64,000 nucleotides of DNA, taken from NCBI GenBank assembly GCA_010093815.1, contig ML996571.1, one strand, 5' to 3'. The notes below the pieces were generated by a model. That model searched no databases. It saw only the letters and a list, made by a program, of their open reading frames with translations, and was not told the origin of the DNA. This DNA is from Pseudovirgaria hyperparasitica (taxonomy: Eukaryota). The translations under genes were made by a program, and so were the position numbers. Of this stretch, positions 23,266-36,272 are shown piece by piece (position 1 is the stretch's first letter; each line of letters opens with the position of its first letter).

Positions 23266-24346
23266 TCACGGCTCAAACTTCGGGCTATACTTTGCACTCG
23301 CAGCCGCAAACGCTTCTCTCTTCGCCTCGATATCTGCCAAGAACTGATGTTTCGGATCCGCCGCGCGCAGCTGGCCCGTCAGGTCCGCGCTGTCCTTGCC
23401 CAGTATCGTGTTGAGCACAACCAAGTTGGCGAGCAGATCCGCATTCGTGCCGTCCATCTCGACAGCTTGCTGGAAGGCGGCCTCGGCTTCGGGTGTGCGG
23501 CCGAGGTGCAGCTCCGAGACGGCCTGGCCGAGAAGTGAGTGTACGGCCTGGCTTGCGGGGGCCTGGGCGAGCTCTTCGAAGACGTAGTATGCTTGTTGGT
23601 ATTTCTCGCCGCCCTGGTTGTTTTGTGAGTGACCAGTTTCTTCAAACCTGTTTACGTAGCAAGGGAACCTACTTCTCGCAGCCCGACCCATGACTCTGCA
23701 AGGTTGACGAGCAGACTATCTTGTGCCCATTTCCGCGCCCGCTGTGTCTCCTGAAGCGCGAGATCTGACCGGTTCTGGAGGAGGTGGATCTGCACAATGA
23801 GCGCGACGCTGTTGCTAGTAATTCAGCTCCTGTTGTTCACTGTCTATCGCCGGCTAGCGAAAACTCACGCGTCCAGACTTCCATCATGCTTCCCCAGCAC
23901 CGCCAACGCCTCTTCCGTCAGGCCCTCTCTCGCCAGAATCGTGCCCGCACACAGCTGGACGGTCAGGTTGTCGCCCGACTCGGCCGTCAGTTTTTGTGCC
24001 TTTGCCACCGCGTCTTCGCCGGCGTCGGTGTTCTTCAGATACTCGGCCAGCAGCCTGATCGCGGCGATGTCAGGGGCGGAGTCGGCGTCCTTTTTTGTGG
24101 AGGCGAGGACTTGGTTGTACTGTGCGAGGGCGAGCTGGGCGCGCAGCTTGAGGATGCGGGCGGGGAGGGCGTTGGAGGGCGAGAGGGCTGCGGTGTCGAA
24201 GTCGACGACTTGTTGGTATTGGCCTTGGTGGAAGGCGTTGTGGATGTTCACGAGCTCTGTGGTGGGGAGTTAGTAGGGGTCTCTTGAGGGGGATTTGGGC
24301 GGGGACGGGGATAGGACGTACCGCCCTCGGCTGAGTAGGGATCCAT
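23266..24346 (-). CDS. SEC28: Coatomer (COPI) epsilon subunit; 3 introns
   Basis: MDPYSAEG|ELVNIHNAFHQGQYQ..; WAQDSLLVNLAESWVGLRE|GGEKYQQAYYVFEELAQ..LHLGRTPEAEAA (TPR-like epsilon-COP). Confidence 0.92.
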
Positions 24347-25189
24347 TGTGCTGTGTGTGTGTGGAAGAGGTCAGGAAGTGCGGAATGCGTCGTCAATGCC
24401 CTGGAAGTGCACGTCGTAGAGCATTCCCGTGTGCACGCCGTCGAGATGCCACGACGTACCTAATTCGGAAGTCTTGGCGCAGGGTTGGTTGTGTCTTAGT
24501 CATCACCCCAGGCTGCCCGGTTACCTAGGCTTGAATGAATTTTCTCGTCCAATATTGGAAGGTTGACCTCAAGTCTCTATCCGTAGGAATCATGATATGG
24601 TTCCTGCGTTGGAGTTCGCATGAAGGGTGATGGATATCCGCATCTATTCTCCAGCCGACCCTCGTTCCGTTTTGATAGCAACGCAGTCAGTTACAACTGC
24701 CGGCCAAGCCAACCTCACCTGAGCCAGTCGCTCGCGCATGCCGGATAACGGACTTCAGTCAGTCTGATATCAGGAGACACTGCACAGGACGCATGCGAAT
24801 ACGACGATGTTGCAGTATGTTGACGATGCGGCTGGCAATGTACTGCAGGGCATGATGTCCCGGCGGTGTCGACCTTGAGTCAATAAGATGACGCACAGGA
24901 CTGGGGCTGCGTTCCTTGCTGTTAATGAGACATCATCCGCTAGCCGAGGGCTAGAATTCTGTCTCTGTGTAATAATAGTACGTGACTATGCAATATGTGA
25001 AAATGTAGCGGCTGGCGTCTACTAAGGATGTGTCCAATGTACTTCCGTCCTCACAGCATGAACCCCTCCCGATAATCATTCAATCTCTGTGATCACGTAT
25101 GCTATCATATCCTAGAATCAGGAAGAACCGGTTTCCGAGACACACGTGAGTATCAAAAAGCGAGCCCCTTTTCCCCTGAACCGGTCCAT

Positions 25190-25744
25190 GTGTACGCATG
25201 GGAAAGGGCGATAAACATCCGTCAGGCTCGGCTCGAAAACAAGACCCAACGCCAGCCAGGCCATGCAAGCAACTTACACGCCTCCCATCAACATGCACGA
25301 CTTCGACAATCCATGCGAACCGAACTCGTTCAGCGACTTCCGGCTTCCAGATATAGCAGTACAGTACAGCAGCAGCAAGCAGCACCCTCACCCGAGCCAT
25401 GGTCCGACACCCCATCCGACGCCCTCGTAGGGCCGCAGTCTTGCCTCTGCCCCCCCCTCCCCCCTGAGTATTTTCTTGCTCAGACATCTCCTGCCCAAAC
25501 ATCTCCTGCCCAAACATCTCCTGCTCAGACATCTCCTGCTCAGACATCTCCCGCCCAAACATCTCCCGCCCAAACACCTCCCCCCAAACCAAATCTTCAC
25601 AACCACAAAAGTAGAAAACACCCTTCTAGATCCGACCTACCCCTTTCCTTCTTCTCCAAGGTGTCGTGCCCGAGCACTATAGAACAGTGCATGAAAACTC
25701 CATCACCCACTCCACCACCCATCCTATCCACAATACACACCTGA
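25190..25744 (+). CDS. Possible orphan protein with AQTSP repeats (start and gene structure unresolved)
   Basis: 184-codon open frame. Variation between repeat copies is almost all synonymous in this frame. No recognised domain. Confidence 0.3.
   Translation: MYAWERAINIRQARLENKTQRQPGHASNLHASHQHARLRQSMRTELVQRLPASRYSSTVQQQQAAPSPEPWSDTPSDALVGPQSCLCPPLPPEYFLAQTSPAQTSPAQTSPAQTSPAQTSPAQTSPAQTPPPKPNLHNHKSRKHPSRSDLPLSFFSKVSCPSTIEQCMKTPSPTPPPILSTIHT
25478..25582 (+). repeat. 15-bp minisatellite x7 (GCYCARACATCTCCY)
   Basis: Seven tandem copies read directly from the sequence. Confidence 0.95.
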
Positions 25745-26640
25745 TACCCCATAAAAAACCCAACAAGACAGACAGACAAACAGACAGACGTAGGAGACCC
25801 CTACCTCACTATCCAGCATATATCATCCCTCGCCGAAGCCGTACGCACAAACCGAGATTCTGAGGAGTGCCTCATGCCATGGCTGCGCTTTGTGAAGGCC
25901 CTGGTTATAGGGAGTGTTTACTTTGCCTGATGTTCGGGGTTGGGGTTTGAGGGGAGGGGAGGGGAGGGGTGTGTGGGGGGTTGGTTGGTCTTGGGGGTGG
26001 GGTGCGTTGTTGTGGTGGTGGGTGTGGTGGTGGGTGTGTTGGGTGATGTGTTTCGTGGGGCTTTGCATGAAGGGTGGATGTGCCACTCACGCGGTAATAT
26101 CGGTAAGGGAAGAATGAAGCAGCTAGATAATTAGAAGCGGAAGTATACACTACCGCTACCTCCGCCGTTATTACGGAATTTCTATAGTGGTTCTATGGGG
26201 AGGTTGAGGGGGTATCGTAGTTTTGGATAGACGATTTGTTCAAGGGAGCTCAGGGGTGAGCATGTTGCGTGCTTGGTGCGTTGATGGCGCTGGTATGCTG
26301 GGGGTATGGATGCGCGCATGGTTTGCTTTATGTGATTGTATGGGCGGGTGGAGACTGTCTTTGTTGCTTTGGGTTAGAGTACTTTGAGGCTGTCTTGAGG
26401 TGGTGGTAGGGATGGTGTGTGGTGGTAGGATCGTGTAGGAGGCTTGGCTGATATGTTCTCTATTTGCATCTGATCAACCCTTTATGTCGTAGCATTCTTG
26501 CACTACCCTCCTCAGCCAACGCATCCTCGGGTCTATATGTAAACCATAGACAGCAGTCAAACAGACAGCGATGTCCCGCATACACACATACATCACATCC
26601 AAGACCCACACTCAGTCCAAACCACCCACCACGCCCACCA

Positions 26641-27843
26641 TCAAGCCCCCTCAAACGCCCTCGCAACAGCAACACTCACAACAGGATAACTCATAACACG
26701 ATCATGCAGCCCATGCCTGACAATCTGCTCTCTCACCACGCCCCCACTCCCCCTCCACTCAACCTCCCACCCACCCGCCCCCAGCCCCGTCCGCAGCTTC
26801 TCCTTCTCCGCCTCCAGCTCCTCGAACGCGAGCGACGGTGCCTCCGGGCGCCTCATCGCGTTGACAGCATGCCAGAAGACAATCTCGGAATGCACCCAGG
26901 GGATATCGTAATCGTCCTCTGCATGGATGAGCGTGACGTCGTACTTGACCCCCCGCTCACCCGCCCCTTTGCGCGTCTCACAGCGCCGGATATGCGTCGC
27001 AAGCTTGTCCTTCACCGGCCACTTACTCACGATGAAACCATTGAAGAACGCCAGCAAGGCGGGGAATATAGCAACGGGCGAGAGCAACGGGATCGTGCCC
27101 GCAACCTTGTACGTCTTGGTCAACAAGCCCACGTCCGCAAACGGCGCTACAAGCACGGTGCCGGCAAACAGGACTGGTGGGTCCAGAGCTCCTAGGTGTT
27201 CCGTGAGCGAGACGCCGACTCCCGTGCCGAGAGACTGTCCGAACACGACGATGCGCTCGGGCGGGATGTGTGCGTCGTCCATGGCGAATCTAGCCAACGC
27301 AAGGGCGTCTGTCAACAGTCCTGCCTCGGACGGCCACCCGGTGCTTGCGCCGAAGCCGCGATAGTCGATGGCGAGGATATGTGCGTTTGGTGCAGCGGCG
27401 GAGAGGGCGCGATAGCTCTGCGGCCGCCAGCCGGACCCAAGTGTGCCTGCCGCGCCATGGTAGTAGAGGACCAGCCGTGCGTCCGGGTCGTCGGTCAGCA
27501 GGCGGAAGCCCAGGCTTTGCTTGATGTCTTGACACAAACCTACAGGCTCCGCCCGGAGCGCCGCTGCATTCTTGCGGTAGGTCTCGAGCGGAAGGACATG
27601 CCAAGCATGTAAAGTCTCGCCATCGGGGGTTTTAAGGTTGAACGGTGTGACCTGATTGCGGAGGAAGCCCCATTGCTCGGGCACGTTGGCGTCTTGGAAC
27701 CAGGTGAGGGTTACGCGGTGCAGGTATATGACGTGGTCTTGCAGGGAGGGGATGGTGAGGAGGGCTAGGAAGCAAAAGTACACGCCCACGGCAGCTCCGG
27801 CCGTTCCCAGGAGGGGTTTCAGCACGGCGGAGACTGTTGGCAT
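26641..27843 (-). CDS. ABHD12-like alpha/beta hydrolase with N-terminal membrane anchor
   Basis: Single ORF. YYHGAAG oxyanion region, DYRGFG, GQSLG nucleophile elbow, HAEDD Asp, GLHD His. Confidence 0.92.
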   Translation of the reverse strand: MPTVSAVLKPLLGTAGAAVGVYFCFLALLTIPSLQDHVIYLHRVTLTWFQDANVPEQWGFLRNQVTPFNLKTPDGETLHAWHVLPLETYRKNAAALRAEPVGLCQDIKQSLGFRLLTDDPDARLVLYYHGAAGTLGSGWRPQSYRALSAAAPNAHILAIDYRGFGASTGWPSEAGLLTDALALARFAMDDAHIPPERIVVFGQSLGTGVGVSLTEHLGALDPPVLFAGTVLVAPFADVGLLTKTYKVAGTIPLLSPVAIFPALLAFFNGFIVSKWPVKDKLATHIRRCETRKGAGERGVKYDVTLIHAEDDYDIPWVHSEIVFWHAVNAMRRPEAPSLAFEELEAEKEKLRTGLGAGGWEVEWRGSGGVVREQIVRHGLHDRVMSYPVVSVAVARAFEGA

Positions 27844-28344
27844 TTTGTGAGATGTTATTAATTACCAAGGGGGATGGGAACGGTCGTGTATGTATATGTA
27901 TGCGGTCAAGAGGATTTTGGCGCGCGGCATGGTGTTTGTTGATCAATTTATGAGGCGGCGGAGCTCATGCATAAGTATGAGGGTTAGTTAGGTAGGTACC
28001 TAGAGTGGGTCTTTGCCAAGATATATCTTGAGTTTTAGCCCCTTGCATTGGACGGGAGGTGGAATTGTCGGGCACACAACAAACACTTATATCAAGTGTG
28101 CCAGAGGCTTCTTCGTTGATTGCTTTGCTTTGCTATGCCTCTGCGTTATATATTGATTCATCAGTCGTACGGCCAGATATATACATGCACCCGATTCCAT
28201 GCCACCATCATCCTATGTACACCCTACCTATGTATGTTACCCAAGCCCTATATACACGCCATCCCATCCCACCCTCTATTCCCATCCACTCCCGCTCCCA
28301 ACATCCCCACGCATCGCAGCACGGTCAAGAGCACCACCGTCTAA

Positions 28345-30124
28345 TCAGGCACTCAAGACCCGCCCAACAGGCCCCGGCGACACAGCCTTTTCGATGTACA
28401 GCACGCCGCCCTTGCCCTGCTTGGCACCCTCGACATCGTCGGCATCATCGAGATGGCAGCTGGCATCGCGGGCGCCAAAGATGACCTCCATATCCTCAAG
28501 CGTCTTGCCCTTGGTCTCGGGCACGAAGAACCAGGCCCAGAAGCCCATGAGGACCATCAGGCTGGCGAAGAACATGTAGGTGCCGTAGCCGAGGGAGGTG
28601 ATCATGTAGGGGGTGGTGCGGGAGATGATGAAGGACCAGAGCCACTGGTCTGGACGGGGCGGGGTGTTAGTATGGCTTGAGAAGGATAAATAGGGGTTTC
28701 TTCAGGACAACTCACCGGCTGTTGTCAGCGCGACACAGAGCAGTCGGATGTCGACGGGGAAGATCTCGCTGCAGTAGACCCAGGTGATGCCCTGCCAGGT
28801 CGCGCAGTAGATCAGCCCGTACAGATAGACACACACCATGGCGAGATAGCCCCAGCCGTCCCTCGAGACATCGCCGCGGGCGGCAGCCCGAGCCGGGTCG
28901 TTCTTGAAGACGTAGCCGCCAAGATACCACATGGGCAGCGAGCCGATGAAGGCGCCGTAGATGAGGCCGTTCTTGCGGCCGATGCGCTCGACGAGGTAGA
29001 CGCTGAAGATGATCATGCCGAGGGTCTTTGCGACGCCGTAGAAGCCCGTGGCGAAGAGCTTTGTTTCGGTGCCGGTGATGCCGAGGGTTTCGAAGATGCG
29101 GGGCGAATAGTAGCTTTTGAGAGAAGGGTTAGAAGAAGGGGGTGGGTGGTGAGCAGTAAGCAGCAGGGCGGGGAGTGTGGTACGTACGTGATGATGTTGA
29201 CGCCAGTCAGGTTCTGACATGCCATGAGGAGGAGACCGATGCCGATGCGGTTGCGGGTGCCTTTCTGGAGGATGCGTTTGGCGTAGTATGTCTTGCTGTG
29301 CTTGACGCCCGGGGGCGGGCGGCCGACGAGGGTCTGCAGACGAATCTCCTCGAGCTCGCCGCGGATGTAGTCGTGGTCGGCAGGCAGCTTGCGGATCCAG
29401 CTGAGGGTGGCGGCGGCCTCCTCCCAGCGGTCCTGCTTCACGTACCAGCGCGGACTCTCGGGACACCAGAAGATGCCAGCGAGGAGAAGCACGCCGGGGA
29501 CGAGCTGCAGGGCGAGGGGCACGATCCATTGGGTGCGGCCGGAGCTGGAGATTGTGCGTGCGACAATGTAGTTGATCCAGAAGCCAAGCATGCCGCCGCC
29601 CTGCGACAAGATCTCGAAGATGCCCACAAGTCGACCGCGAATGCTGGGAGGCGATGTCTCTGCAATGTAGACGGGGACGAGGAGAGAGACGGAGCCGATG
29701 CCGAAGCCGGCGATGGCACGTCCGGCGTAGATCATGGCGAGTTGACCGTGGGAGGCAGTCTAAAGGGGCTCGTTAGTGACGTGCTGCTGCTGCTGCTGCC
29801 ACTTCCCAACGTCCAGGCCCTAGAACGCACCATGATTGTGCCGCCGACCAGAAAGGTGAGAATTGCGCCGATGATGGCATTCTTCCGACCGTAGCGTTCG
29901 CCGAGGGGAAAGGTGAGGAGAGCGCCAAAGAAGGTGCCGGCCTGGAAGGTTGAGACGATGTTGCCCTGGAGCGTGTCACGCTCAAACTGGGAGCGGCCAT
30001 TGAGGCCAAAGTCACGCTTGAAGGAGTCGAGGGCCATGGTGCCGCCGATGACGGCGGTGTCGTAGCCCACTGGTTATGATGGTGAGCATACTGAGTGTGA
30101 TGATGCTGACAGGTAGTATATAGT

Positions 30125-30158
<34 letters not shown>

Positions 30159-30267
30159 ACTCACTGGCCAGACTGCCCATGGACACAATCAAGGCCATCA
30201 AATGCACGCGCCAGTTGCGAACCTGAGGCGGATCGGAGGTGCCATCGGCATGGAGCTTGAAGCCCAT
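28345..30267 (-). CDS. MFS sugar-porter family transporter, quinate-permease-like; ~4 introns
   Basis: PPQVRNWRVH, GYDTAVIGG, GERYGRK, GRAIAGFGIG, VYIAETSPPSIRGRL, PESPRW, QNLTGVNII..YYSP, SEIFP, VPETKGKTLE. Confidence 0.93.
30128..30155 (+). repeat. (GA)14 microsatellite in intron 1 of the MFS gene
   Basis: Read directly from the sequence. Confidence 0.95.
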
Positions 30268-32386
30268 GATGGCAATTTTACTTTCTCAAACAAGCAAAGT
30301 CAAGGACAAGAGTGGAATCAGCCTCGTGGGGGAGAGTGGGTTAGAGAGCAAGGCAAAGACCCCAAGACCCTAGGAGAGTGAGTGGTGATAAGGCAGGTCA
30401 AGGCCCGGGCGTGCATGAAGTATATATGCGTTCAGTGGAGACGAGTGGGGGAGGAGTTCACGATAGACACAGGCAAGCAAGGACGGGACCGAATCAGGAA
30501 CATGTCAAAGGGAAAGTTCCAGGCCATCTAGGGCAGGCTGGCACGTGGGAGTAGAGACTAAGGGAGTGGAAATGCGATTATTCTGGAAGGGCAGAGATTG
30601 GGTGGATTGGGTGAATCTGGGGTAGAGCAGATGATGCGGGGGAGAGGCATGCGGGGAGTTGTCCGTACGCCACCAGCCGGGGAGAGATGGGGAAAGATGG
30701 CATGTATAGGAGGAGGAGAGGATAGAGGATGTATGGCAGCAGCGGAGTGAAGAGATGGGGCTTGTTATGCACAGACGGCGCCACAAGGACTTGTGCCACG
30801 CGGCAAGAAGGACAGGCGGTGGATGAAAGCGGTTCACTTGCCATGAGAAGGGAGAGTCAAGAGTCAAGAAAGGAAAGGGCGGGCAAGGACAGGAATCTAG
30901 ACCATGCTACGCTATATTCGACGGCCGAGGAGCAGGAGGAGCAGGAGGAGTAGAAGGGAAAGAAGAGAGAGGAGAAGAGTTTGAAGAAGGAAAGAGGGCG
31001 AGTCAGTGTGCAGTAAGCTGGCAGGAATGATGAATCATGCATGAGAGGGAGAGTGGGAGGGAGAGGGAGAGACAGAAGGTTGAAGGGAGAGAGAAGCAAC
31101 AAGGCGAGAAGTGGGAAGGAGCAGGGTGGAATGTGAGAGCGGGCTTGGCGTCCGCTGATGAATGCTTGGCGGCAGGCTTGGAAGGGACGAACGGGGAAGA
31201 GTGGGCGGCAGAAGGTTGGCAGCAGCAGGAGCAGCAACAGCAGCAGGAATCTCGATCGATGTCATGGCCGATGATGCGCACGTAGATTATTAGTGGCAGC
31301 CAGTGTGCATTTGCCTTGCATCAACCATCTCATCTGTCTGCACAAGTGAAGAGAGAGAGAGAGTGTGTGTGTGTTGGCGCGACAACAACAAGGGAATGAG
31401 AGATGATGACTTGGTACCTAGTGTTTCCATCTGGCATGGCAAAAGACAAAAAGAGTGACGTTGTGCATCAGCCACACTCGCATTCTCGCCTTCTCTCATT
31501 CTGTCATTCCGTCTCTGCTTGCGGCGATGGCGATGATGAATGGATGCAGATGGAACTGGACGAAAGCGTCAACAAGGGAATGTGGCGATTGCGTGGCGGG
31601 TGCGAACAGGCAGGCACGAGGCATAATAGCAGCAGCTACGGCAGGTACGCTACTCCAGTCTGTTGAGGGCGCAGCAGCATCATGTCGTGTCGGTCGTCTA
31701 GCTCATCCAATACAGTAATTGATTAGGTCAGGCACAAGAAGAACTCCACACCCCAAGTATGTGTCAGCATTGGGTGCGCATTGTCTGGCACCACATGCCA
31801 AATGCCACAAAGACTTGTGCACCCACACGCGGACCTTGGCAGCCGTCACCGATTCTTCCTTTTTGCCCTCCGCTGCCGCCGCCGCCACTTTTTTTGTGAG
31901 GAGTGTGTGTCGAGCAAGTTCAGTCAGTCCAGGCTGTTGATTGGCTGCATTCATTGCTCTGCCCCCCCCCCTGACCGCGCGCCCAGTTCAAGGCGGCGCC
32001 CAAGACCGCCCAAGACCGCGCCCAAACACGCAGGACGTCACTTGTTTGGCGCGTTCCAGAGAGAGTGAGAGATCGGAGAGAGGGAGTTCCATGCCTCCTC
32101 CATGCCTCTCCGCCGTTGCTATGCTTGCTTGCTCCACCTTTCCTTTATGCTCCATCCATCCATCCATCCAACACTTCTCTCCTGCACAGCCCCCAGTCCT
32201 CATTGCAGTAATATACTTCTACTTCCTACCACACATCATGCCTGTCCTCTTCACCTAATCACTACTACCCATCACTAATACCCATCTCTCTCGCCCTCTC
32301 TCTCTCTCGATATTCACTCCCTGCGCCTGGCACACTGCCTTCGCCCTCTCACCTACTACGCCAAGCCAGCTTCCACGACCACCGTG

Positions 32387-35300
32387 ATGCCTCTACACTC
32401 CGCCAGCGACCACGACCCGCCGCCCAACGACGGCCGCCTGGGCCTCCCACGCATCAATGTCGAGAACTTGGTAAGCCAATCTTCACAGCCTCACTCTTTC
32501 ACTCAAGCCGTCGTGCTGCCCTCAAAACTAAGCTGCCTACTGACCGGAACAGGGCGGTGATGAGCCTGACACTATATCTCCCGACCCTACCACTACCTCT
32601 GCCTCGCACTCTCCCACTACCATCTCAAGAGACCGCTCCCTCTCGCAATTGTCTGCTCAATCCTTTTCCGGCAGAGAACGCTCAATGTCTGGCAGTACGG
32701 TAGCTACCGGTTCCCATCTCGAACCGCCGCCTCCACGCACTCCCGGTGGCGCCTCGTCCAGCGCCTCTACCATCATGGGCTTTGACGAGCGCGAAGATGC
32801 CCTGAAGCCCGATCCCAACACTGAAGCCGACTTCAACGTCGAAAATAACTGTTTCGCCTTCTCGCCCGGCCAGCTGAACAAGATGCAGAATCCAAAGTCG
32901 CTACAGGCTTTTGTTGCACTTGGTGGTCTGCCCGGTCTGGAGCGCGGTCTGCGGACGGATATCGATTCCGGTCTGAGCATCGACGAGACCAGCCTGTCTG
33001 GCATCGTCAGCTTCGAGGAGGCCAGCACATACTATCGCAAGGCTCGCGACGTCGAGGGCACACACGAGCCGCGTCCCGTCTTCACCAGGACCCACACCAG
33101 CCACCCGGACACCCCTGCCACGGGCTCCTACTGCGACCGCATCCGCGTCTACAACCGCAACGTCCTGCCCGAGAAGAAGGCTACTCCGCTGCTGAAGCTG
33201 ATGTGGGACGCCTTTCACCAGGACAAGATTCTCATCCTGCTCTCCGTCGCCGCCGTCATCTCGCTCGCCCTGGGCATCTACGAGACCGTCGGCGTCGAGC
33301 ATGAACCCGGCACCCCCATGCCCGTCGACTGGGTCGAGGGTGTCGCCATTTGCATCGCCATCATCGTCATCGTCTCCGTCGGCTCGCTCAACGACTGGCA
33401 AAAGGAACGCGCCTTTGTCAAGCTCAACGCCAAAAAGGAAGACCGCGAGGTCAAGGCGATTCGCTCGGGCAAGTCCATCATGATCTCCGTCCATGACATC
33501 ATGGCCGGCGACGTCCTGCACCTCGAGCCCGGCGATCTCATTCCCGTCGACGGCATCTTCATCAGCGGTCACAATGTCAAGTGCGACGAATCCTCGGCTA
33601 CGGGGGAATCCGATCAGCTCAAGAAGACTGGCGGCGAGCAGGTCCTGCGACTCATCGAGCAAGGTCACACCAAGCTCGCCGACATGGATCCTTTCATCAT
33701 CTCTGGCAGCAAGGTGCTCGAGGGCGTCGGCACCTACCTCGTCACGTCCGTTGGTGTCAACTCGAGCTTCGGCAAGATTCTCATGTCCATGCGAACCGAC
33801 ATGGAAACCACGCCGCTGCAGGTCAAGCTCAACGGTCTGGCCGGCGCCATTGCCAAGCTGGGCTCTGCCGCTGCCGGCTTGCTCTTCTTCATTCTCGTCA
33901 TCCGCTTCTGCGCCGAGCTGCCCGGAAACAGCGACACCCCCGCCGAAAAGGGCTCCCAGTTCATCGACATTCTCATCACGGCAGTCACCGTCATTGTCGT
34001 GGCCGTGCCCGAGGGTCTGCCGCTCGCCGTCACCCTGGCCCTGGCCTTTGCCACCACCCGTCTTGTCAAGCTGAACAACCTCGTCCGCATCCTCAAGTCC
34101 TGCGAGACCATGGGCAACGCCACCACCGTCTGCTCCGACAAGACCGGCACCCTGACCCAGAACAAGATGACCGTCGTGACGGGCACGTTTGGAGACGACC
34201 ACTTTGACGACAAGAGCCAGTCGGCCGACGCAAAGCGCAACGCCGGCTGGGCACAGGGCCTCAGCCGGGAGGCCAAGCGACTCCTGGTCGACTCCATTGC
34301 CCAGAACTCGACGGCCTTTGAGAGCGATGGGAACAACAGCAGCGACGAGCTCTTCATCGGCTCCAAGACCGAGACTGCCCTCCTGACCTTTGCTCGCACC
34401 GTCCTCGGCATGGGCTCGCTGTCGGAGGAGCGTGCGAATGCGCAAATCGTCCAGCTCCTGCCCTTTGACTCGGGCCGCAAATGCATGGGTGCCGTACAGA
34501 AGCTCCCCAACGGCACCTATCGCTTCCTCGTCAAGGGTGCCTCGGAGATTCTCGTCCGGATGTGCTCGACCATCAACACGTCCACTGCCGGAATTGCCAG
34601 CCTCGATGCCTCGCACCGTGAGAATCTCGAATCCGTCATCAACGAGTACGCCCAGCAGTCGCTCCGGACCATTGCCCTGATCCACCGCGACTTCAAGCAG
34701 TGGCCGCCCGTCGAGGCTGTCGACGCGCAAGACCCCTCAAACGCCGACCTCGCCGCTCTCCTGCACGACATGAACTTTATCGGTGTCGTTGGCATCCAGG
34801 ATCCGCTCCGTCCGGGTGTGCCCGAGGCCGTCGCCAAGGCCCACCACGCCGGTGTCAAGGTGCGCATGGTGACGGGCGACAACATCAACACGGCCCGCGC
34901 CATCGCAACAGACTGTGGCATCTACACCAACGGCATCGTCATGGAAGGCCCCGAGTTCCGCACCCTGTCGCACGAGAAGATGCTCGAGATTCTGCCCACG
35001 CTCGAGGTCCTGGCCCGCTCCTCGCCCGAAGACAAGCGCATCCTCGTAACGAAGCTCCGTGAGATGGGCGACATTGTCGCCGTTACCGGTGACGGCACCA
35101 ACGACGGGCCCGCCCTCAAGGCGGCCGACATTGGCTTCTCCATGGGCATTGCCGGCACCGAAGTCGCCAAGGAGGCCTCGGCAATCATCCTCATGGACGA
35201 CAACTTTGCCTCCATCCTGACGGCGCTCATGTGGGGTCGCGCGGTCAACGACGCGGTCCGCAAGTTTCTGCAGTTCCAGCTGACCGTCAACATTACCGCC

Positions 35301-36208
35301 GTCGTCCTCACCTTTGTCTCTGCACTCGCCAACCCGAACGGCCGACCCGTGCTGACGGCCGTGCAGCTCCTCTGGATCAACCTCATCATGTAAGTCTTGA
35401 CCCTCGTTGTTGTCGATATGTGCAGCCCGGACAATCACTAATGCTTCGTTCCAGGGACTCCCTCGCCGCGCTCGCCCTTGCTACCGATCCCCCGACCGAG
35501 GAGATTCTCGACCGCAAACCCGCCAAGCGCAGCGCCCCGCTCATCTCCATCATCATGTGGAAGATGATTGTCGGCCAGGCCGTCTTCCAGCTCGTCGTCA
35601 CCTTTGTCATGTACTTTGCCGGCCCGCAGATCTTCAACTTCCCGGCCGTCGAGGTCAATGGCAGTCTCGCCCTGCCGCGCGACCACCCGCAGCTCCGCTC
35701 CATGGTCTTCAACTGCTTCGTCTGGATGCAGATCTTCAACCAGCTCAACAACCGCCGCCTCGACAACCGGTTCAACGTCTTTTACGGCATCCACCGCAAC
35801 TACTTTTTCGTCGCGGTCAATGCCATCATGGTCGGCGCCCAGATCCTCATTGCCTTTGTCGGTGGCCGCGCCTTTGAGATTGAGCGTCTCACCAGCCGTT
35901 CCTGGGCCGTCTCCATTGTCGTTGCGCTCTTCTCGCTGCCCTGGGCAGTGCTCATCCGCCTCTTTCCCGACGCCTGGTTCGCCGCGATGGCGCACGTGGT
36001 TGGGATCCCCTGCCTCTTCGTCTACCGCCCGCTCAGCCGCTGGTCCTCCAGCTTCGGTCGCTCGGTCGGCAAGCTCTTCAAGCGGAAAGGCAAGAAGTCA
36101 TCAGACGACAGCAGTGAAGAGGAAGGGCCGGTCGCAGGCGGCGGCGGCGACAAGGAGAAGGCGGCAGACCTCGAGTCTGGCGTCAAGAAGGCGGTGGGCA
36201 CGCAATAA
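32387..36208 (+). CDS. PMC1: P2B-type (PMCA/Pmc1-like) Ca2+-transporting ATPase; introns 32471-32552 and ~35390-35454
   Basis: DESSATGES, VAVPEGLPLAVT, CSDKTGTLT, KGASE, MVTGDN, GDGTNDGPALK, QLLWINLIM|DSLAALALATDPP. May be a paralog rather than the strict ortholog. Confidence 0.92.
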
Positions 36209-36251
36209 CTTGATTGAGCCAATCGATTGTCTTTTTTGTTTTTTATACGAC

Positions 36252-36272
36252 CTACTACTACTACTACTACTA
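36252..36272 (+). repeat. (CTA)7 microsatellite
   Basis: Read directly, in the 3' flank of the ATPase gene. Confidence 0.9.

Noticed and set aside
32901..35438. Long antisense ORFs (609, 260, 233 aa) opposite the Ca2+-ATPase
   Set aside because: Shadow ORFs caused by high third-position GC; no motifs.
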